The notes below the pieces were generated by a model that saw only the letters and a program-made list of their open reading frames with translations, did not search any database and had not been told where the DNA came from. From a virus, in IMG/VR virus record IMGVR_UViG_3300029513_000230, positions 1-64,000 of that record: a stretch of DNA of 64,000 bases; one strand, given 5' to 3'. How positions within the stretch are numbered: the first letter of the stretch is position 1; every line of letters begins with the position of its first letter. Shown piece by piece: positions 59,139 through 64,000 of the stretch. The position numbers were made by a program, and so were the translations under genes.

Positions 59139-60748
59139 GGGTTGTATACCGGCATGATAACCTCCTCGTCCACGATCACCGCCGTCTGGTTTTTCAATCG
59201 GCTCTCGATATCATCGGCGAACTCGATATTGATAGAGGTATAATCCACCAAGGAGGCCCCGTTAACCATATCCCCGACGAAATAATACCCCGGCATGATA
59301 CAAGTGGTCTCGACAACGGGTCTTCCGGCCACGTACTTCACGCCGTTCACCAACGTCACGAGATTCAAATCCCGCCCCGACGTGTCCTTCAAGGTCTCGA
59401 TCTCAAACAAGGTGGATGGGTTCATGGCGATCATATTCGGGGTATACTCAGCGTACGTCATGACACCGAAGATAGCCTTGACAGCGTCCCCTAGGTTCGG
59501 GGATGCGACGGTGTTGAAGAAATTATTCTTAACCTCGAAGGTAGCGGCGGTGAATACGCCGGAAGCCGTGAAAGCCACCTCTACCATGATCTCCCGATCG
59601 TTCATCTTATGGATATCGAAAGTTCCGTTCAGGTCCGTGAATGTGGTTACGCCCTCGATCTTGATCTTCTGGCCGTCAACGATCTTGTCCTGCGGGTTGG
59701 TAAACTCCACGATAGTGGCTTTTCCGCCATTGTAGCTTCTCGCTCCCTTGATAGATCCGGCCTCTCCGCTGACAACCGCGTCGGTTATGATATCGGATAC
59801 GCATTTAACGCCATCGTATTTGGTGATACCCTTCAGGTTATCCCCCGTCCCATCGCCGAACATGATCTGGAAATCCTCGGCCATCCTCACCCAAGAGGAT
59901 AAGCGATTGATCAACCATGAGCGGACATATACCCTAGACTTGAGCAATCTCTTGGACAAATAAAGGAAGGTACCGACACGCTTAACCTCCGAGCTCTCCT
60001 CCTTTAACTTGAAGGATGATTGGGATAACCGCCCGTTCTCGGACACGAAAGTGGCGTTACGATCCAAGTCGTAGATCAACTGCCATGTCAACATCGGGAA
60101 GGCGGGATCACCCTGATCGACGCTCATGAGATTACGGAAATTGATCTTTTTCTCGCTTACCTGCGTAACGACCCTGTTTTGCTGCTGACTGATCAAGATA
60201 TTGCCCGTATAACTATCCGTCATACTGACCACGTCCTTCAAATCCAAATGGAAATTCCCGGAGGACTTCGTCTTACCATCTACATATTGCTTGAATTTCT
60301 CAGAGTCAAGGAACTCATTGATACTTTTCTCAAGAGGGCTATCCCCCCCCAAGGTGATGCCACGCCCCTTCATTTGCTCAATCTCCTTGCCCATGGACTT
60401 GATGATATCACGAATCTCTGTGACTTCCTTATTGTTATTACCGGAACCTAGGGATTTAAGCTTCTCGCTAATCCCGGACATCGTCTCCTCGTACTCCTTC
60501 CTGTCTATGACATTAGCTCCGTAATCCTCCAGACACTTGTTGACCATCTTCTCGATAGTCCCAAGCGTTTGTTTCTCCTCGTCACTCAACTCACTCTCCT
60601 TCTTGGCGAAACCGGAGAAGGACAATACCGGCGCAACCGCCAAGGCATAGGCCGGATCGCCCACGCATGCGATAACGGCAAAAACCACCAAGGTCAACGC
60701 CATGATAGCGAGACCTCCTAAATTCTCATAAAAACCTTTCTTCAACAT
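59078..60748 (-). CDS. major capsid protein (HK97-like, with N-terminal scaffold/delta-like region)
   Basis: 556 aa; N-terminal coiled-coil region then capsid-fold-sized domain; directly downstream of the prohead protease. Confidence 0.6.
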   Translation of the reverse strand: MLKKGFYENLGGLAIMALTLVVFAVIACVGDPAYALAVAPVLSFSGFAKKESELSDEEKQTLGTIEKMVNKCLEDYGANVIDRKEYEETMSGISEKLKSLGSGNNNKEVTEIRDIIKSMGKEIEQMKGRGITLGGDSPLEKSINEFLDSEKFKQYVDGKTKSSGNFHLDLKDVVSMTDSYTGNILISQQQNRVVTQVSEKKINFRNLMSVDQGDPAFPMLTWQLIYDLDRNATFVSENGRLSQSSFKLKEESSEVKRVGTFLYLSKRLLKSRVYVRSWLINRLSSWVRMAEDFQIMFGDGTGDNLKGITKYDGVKCVSDIITDAVVSGEAGSIKGARSYNGGKATIVEFTNPQDKIVDGQKIKIEGVTTFTDLNGTFDIHKMNDREIMVEVAFTASGVFTAATFEVKNNFFNTVASPNLGDAVKAIFGVMTYAEYTPNMIAMNPSTLFEIETLKDTSGRDLNLVTLVNGVKYVAGRPVVETTCIMPGYYFVGDMVNGASLVDYTSINIEFADDIESRLKNQTAVIVDEEVIMPVYNPWAFAYGKLSDVLTAIKKSS

Positions 60749-60759
60749 AAATAAATTAA

Positions 60760-61740
60760 TTAATTGTTATTAATAAGATCACCTAGAGACCCTAAAGTGC
60801 ATCTAGCGGCTTTATGTTTCTCTATCTGAGTGGAGTCTTCCGGCTCAGATATAAGGGTGTTGCTTCTATATATTCTGGAATAACATTTAGGACAGCGGAC
60901 ATAAGAGGCGAAATCATCAACGGATTTCTTGGAGTTGATTATCTCCAAGATACGGTCTTGCAACTCCGGCTTGATCTTTTCCATCTCCTGATATACCACA
61001 TCCTCCGTTATCCATCGTGAATAGTCACCGACGGCATCGATCACTTGGCTCTCCAACGTGTGTTCCGGTACTGACCCATAATCGAAAGCCAGCCCGCAAT
61101 GAGGGCACTGTACTATATTAGATCCGATCAACGCTTTCTCTACGATAGATATGTTAGCCTCAAGAGCCTTGAGCTTATCTCCGCTATATCTCTTATTTAA
61201 AGCGTCACGCATCATATTTATATGATCTCTCAAGTCACTACCCCTCAATTCCTTTATATCCATCAAGAATGTCTGAGGATTAGCACCCCAATGGGTCAGC
61301 GTGCTATACTCGCCCAAGAACCACTCCTTAACGATAGCCGGGTTATTGGAATCCCGCTTCACGGCCCTGACGCCCACGGAATGCTCCAAGGTCTTGCCAT
61401 GATCCCTGTATAGCTTGTAATCCTCCAGCGTCTCTACGCCTATCTGCTTCTTTAGATTGATCTGCCCGGTCATGACCAGATTGCCATCCTCCTCCACTCC
61501 CTCTATAGGGCAGCCAAGAAGCTTGGTCTTGTCATGGTTGAGAAACCACTTGCACCTGTTGAAATTCTCTTGGAGCGTCTTGGAGAAAGAACCGGGAGAC
61601 GATATATCGCCGTCGCTGTCCTTTATCCCGATACCATTAACGGCCACCTTGACTATTCCTTTCTCATCCACGTCCGTGGACTTGGTCTTAAATAATATGC
61701 TTCTATACGGTTCCATGTCGGTATAAATAAAAAGAGCCAT
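60760..61740 (-). CDS. prohead serine protease (HK97 family) with C-terminal Cys4 zinc-ribbon extension
   Basis: ...AVNGIGIKDSDGDISSPGSF... prohead-protease motif; CPHCG...CPKCYSRI zinc ribbon. Confidence 0.6.
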   Translation of the reverse strand: MALFIYTDMEPYRSILFKTKSTDVDEKGIVKVAVNGIGIKDSDGDISSPGSFSKTLQENFNRCKWFLNHDKTKLLGCPIEGVEEDGNLVMTGQINLKKQIGVETLEDYKLYRDHGKTLEHSVGVRAVKRDSNNPAIVKEWFLGEYSTLTHWGANPQTFLMDIKELRGSDLRDHINMMRDALNKRYSGDKLKALEANISIVEKALIGSNIVQCPHCGLAFDYGSVPEHTLESQVIDAVGDYSRWITEDVVYQEMEKIKPELQDRILEIINSKKSVDDFASYVRCPKCYSRIYRSNTLISEPEDSTQIEKHKAARCTLGSLGDLINNN

Positions 61741-61816
61741 ACCCCGCAGGATACGACTCCCGCCGGGTATGGCTCTCAGGCTCTAATTTCTTTTTTGTTA
61801 TGTCCTACAAATATAG
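61728..61816 (-). promoter_or_regulatory. repeat family, copy B
   Basis: Near-identical to copy A: TATATTTG-TAGGACATAACAAAAAAGAAATT-AGAGCC-TG-AGAGCC-ATACCCGGCGGGAGTCGTATCCTGCGGGGTATGGCTC-TTTTT. Confidence 0.55.
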
Positions 61817-61847
61817 GGTTAATATATTAAAAAGCAAAACTATAGAA

Positions 61848-63299
61848 TCATTTTTTATCATCATCAACATCACCCCTATCGTCATCGCCCTCGTCGGACG
61901 GTTTTTTATTATCAGAAGTCCCTCCAGAAGAGGATGAGACGCTCCTTGATGGACCGCCAGACCTAGCTAAGGATATGATCTCCTTGACCAAGGCCAATTC
62001 CTCGGTAGACATATCGTAAACCAACTTGTCATACAAGGGGTTCCCTACCTTGCTCTCCCCTATCTGCGCTCTCCAGTCATTCAGCGTCAATACGCCTCCC
62101 ACGAATTCCTTCTGGCATTTCTCCGATACGATACGCCTCTTCTCTACCATATCCTTATCACGTACTTGCAATACGCTTACGCCACTAAAATCCACGTCTA
62201 TATACATGCCGGACTTATCAAGGCCAAGAAAGGAGGTCATCGATCGGCAGAATTTCCGGGCCTCAGGAATAACGATATTGGAATAAACGGATATCTCGGC
62301 GATATCCTGATTGTCGTATTTGGCCATATCCTTGCGTGGAATCAGCACTGAAGGTATACCATATATACCGGCTATCTGTATAGCGTCCGCCAAAGTCTCC
62401 TCGAAAGGCATAAGTTCTTGGATGGACATGTTTATCCTCACGAACTCCGTAGGGACATCCACTATGCTCATCTGGGACCTGTCATTAGTCAACCCATAAT
62501 TGTCATTCCACTCCTTCCTTATGTTTCTCTTCTCCTTGTCGGTGAGAGGAAGGGAACCATCAGCGTCATATTTCTTGCTTATCAGCAATCCCAAGGCCCC
62601 CCTTTTAACGTATATGACATTCCTTGCCTCGTACACGGCGACCAAGTTGGCGATAGGATAACGTTGGGTCTCCAACCTGCTACGTCCCTTTAGGTATGAG
62701 CTATTCAATCGCATATTTATATCCTTGTAGTGGATGACCAGAGACGGGTCTATATCCATAAGTCCCGAGCTGGTGGAAATACGATAGCTGTTGATTATAT
62801 CCTCCTTTGTTGACGGCTGGAACAAGGGAATGGACATCGGGCTGTTTATCACGACCTGATCACTTGGCAAAACCCAATAGGTATCGCACCATTTCCATAG
62901 CTCCTTAGGCTTTATCCCCCCTACAGACGGGGAGGCCTGCCAGAATCCATTACCTGTCACATACTTATAGACAAAAAACATCTTAACCAAATCCTCGAAC
63001 GAGAATAAAGGGTTAGGATCGCTAAAAAAACGGTTCATCTCCTCGTTATTGAACACCACGGAATCATCCTTCGCCAATTTTAATTGATAATTGCCGCCCG
63101 CTATCCTGCTAGCCAAGAAATCCACGGGGAAAAAGACCTCTCCCATGGTCTCGAAAGCCTCGATAAAATTCCCGGAACAGGTATAGGGGCTGAACACCCC
63201 CAGATAACCGGACAAATCCACGAGTCCTCTCGACCTTGGAGGACGATCGGGCACATTCGCCACCTTATCCTCTTTCCTGAAAAAATCAAACAAACCCAT
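61848..63299 (-). CDS. portal protein
   Basis: 483 aa, located between the terminase and prohead protease genes. Confidence 0.6.
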   Translation of the reverse strand: MGLFDFFRKEDKVANVPDRPPRSRGLVDLSGYLGVFSPYTCSGNFIEAFETMGEVFFPVDFLASRIAGGNYQLKLAKDDSVVFNNEEMNRFFSDPNPLFSFEDLVKMFFVYKYVTGNGFWQASPSVGGIKPKELWKWCDTYWVLPSDQVVINSPMSIPLFQPSTKEDIINSYRISTSSGLMDIDPSLVIHYKDINMRLNSSYLKGRSRLETQRYPIANLVAVYEARNVIYVKRGALGLLISKKYDADGSLPLTDKEKRNIRKEWNDNYGLTNDRSQMSIVDVPTEFVRINMSIQELMPFEETLADAIQIAGIYGIPSVLIPRKDMAKYDNQDIAEISVYSNIVIPEARKFCRSMTSFLGLDKSGMYIDVDFSGVSVLQVRDKDMVEKRRIVSEKCQKEFVGGVLTLNDWRAQIGESKVGNPLYDKLVYDMSTEELALVKEIISLARSGGPSRSVSSSSGGTSDNKKPSDEGDDDRGDVDDDKK

Positions 63300-63311
63300 A
63301 ATATATTCGTT

Positions 63312-64000
63312 TTAAATATTGTTTCGTACCAAAATCTCCGCTATAGCGGATAGGCAACACAGCGACTCCCCTCCATCCTTGCCTCCATAATCCAGCATAT
63401 TCTCGACAAACGACAGATAATCATCCTTATCCTCGTAATTGTCGAGAAAATAAAATCGATCTCTCACGGTCTCAGAATGGGCGGATATCCTCAGCCTTGC
63501 ATCGGAGGCCCTCCTTCTTATCCTTATATCGCACTCCCCGGTCTCCCTTATCTCCCTAGCGATAGGGAAATAAGCCTTGTCGCTCTCAAACACGACATCA
63601 CTCCATCCTATAGGGCGCAAGAAATCCCTTAGAACCCCAGCCTCCGTGATATCCCTCAACGAGGCATCCAGAACGTACGCCTTCCCGTCCATCAATGCCA
63701 CCTTTGCCATACCCGCAAGCCCGTCAGGATTGACCGCCACATAAACTATCCTCGTGGCGTTCGATATATCCAATTTTACGTGATCGTAATATCTCATATC
63801 CTCCTCCTTATTTTTATTGTGCCTTCTTCTTAACGAGAAAGACGTATACCTATCCTTTAATATCTCCGTGACAAAATAGCGCTTGGCATCGCTAAGGTGA
63901 CCGGCCTTCTCGTAGGACTGACCCGTAATCTTGTCCTTTACCCTCTGCTTGAGCATCGCCCCGTTGATATCCTTTTTTACGGTAATATAATCGTTTATCG
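63312..64000 (-). CDS. terminase large subunit, C-terminal nuclease part (partial; continues beyond window edge)
   Basis: ...IVYVAVNPDGLAGMAKVALMDGKAYVLDA..., an RNase-H-like nuclease motif. The frame stays open through 64000. Confidence 0.55.
   Translation of the reverse strand, partial: INDYITVKKDINGAMLKQRVKDKITGQSYEKAGHLSDAKRYFVTEILKDRYTSFSLRRRHNKNKEEDMRYYDHVKLDISNATRIVYVAVNPDGLAGMAKVALMDGKAYVLDASLRDITEAGVLRDFLRPIGWSDVVFESDKAYFPIAREIRETGECDIRIRRRASDARLRISAHSETVRDRFYFLDNYEDKDDYLSFVENMLDYGGKDGGESLCCLSAIAEILVRNNI

Noticed and set aside
63312-63956. Reading the terminase-like ORF as a complete 214-aa protein starting at Met 63956
   Set aside because: The reading frame stays open upstream to the window edge, so it is the C-terminal part of a longer gene truncated by the window.

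Overview
The window holds a complete type II-C-like cas9 (1-4275, minus strand) with a divergently transcribed tracrRNA-like RNA immediately upstream of its start codon (4336-4445, + strand). A ~1.3-kb IS3-family insertion sequence follows (~4755-6075). After it comes the 3' half of a tRNA gene with what looks like its native terminator (6196-6270), which reads as the attachment-site remnant of a large tRNA-integrated temperate prophage. The prophage (~6276 to beyond 64000) appears to be Bacteroidales-type, based on codon usage and TAnnTTTG promoter boxes. Its left arm carries a CI-like HTH/S24 repressor (6383-7180) with an operator-rich divergent region, followed by a + strand early/replication arm: ERF recombinase, RuvC-like resolvase, HNH endonuclease, DnaD-like and DnaC-like replication proteins, a Dam-like methyltransferase, an acyl-carrier-protein-like protein, an ORF6N antirepressor, a PAPS-reductase-like protein and several aberrant tRNA-like elements. 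The right arm is a minus-strand late arm: partial terminase large subunit at the window edge, portal, prohead protease, HK97-like capsid protein, tail proteins, tape measure protein, distal tail and fibre proteins, and a holin/endolysin lysis cassette. The most notable system is a complete diversity-generating retroelement (DGR) in the tail-fibre module: reverse transcriptase 32906-34000, template repeat 34081-34198, a candidate accessory gene, and a variable repeat 34643-34760 at the 3' end of a 712-aa tail-fibre-like target gene. TR and VR differ at 19 positions, all at template adenines. Other observations worth a second look are listed below. They are a repeat family found in five copies across the late arm (four carrying a promoter box, a hairpin terminator and a tandem AGAGCC motif), a DUF2829 (Tad2-like) gene inside the lysis cassette, a GHKL-ATPase plus DUF4325 (STAS-like) accessory pair, a 20-copy 27-bp repeat array inside a coding gene, a DinJ/YafQ-like toxin-antitoxin pair with a poly-A frameshifted toxin, and an island of unrelated accessory genes ('morons') inside the tail module. 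No CRISPR array, cas1 or cas2 lies in the window; they would be expected to the left, beyond the cas9 stop.
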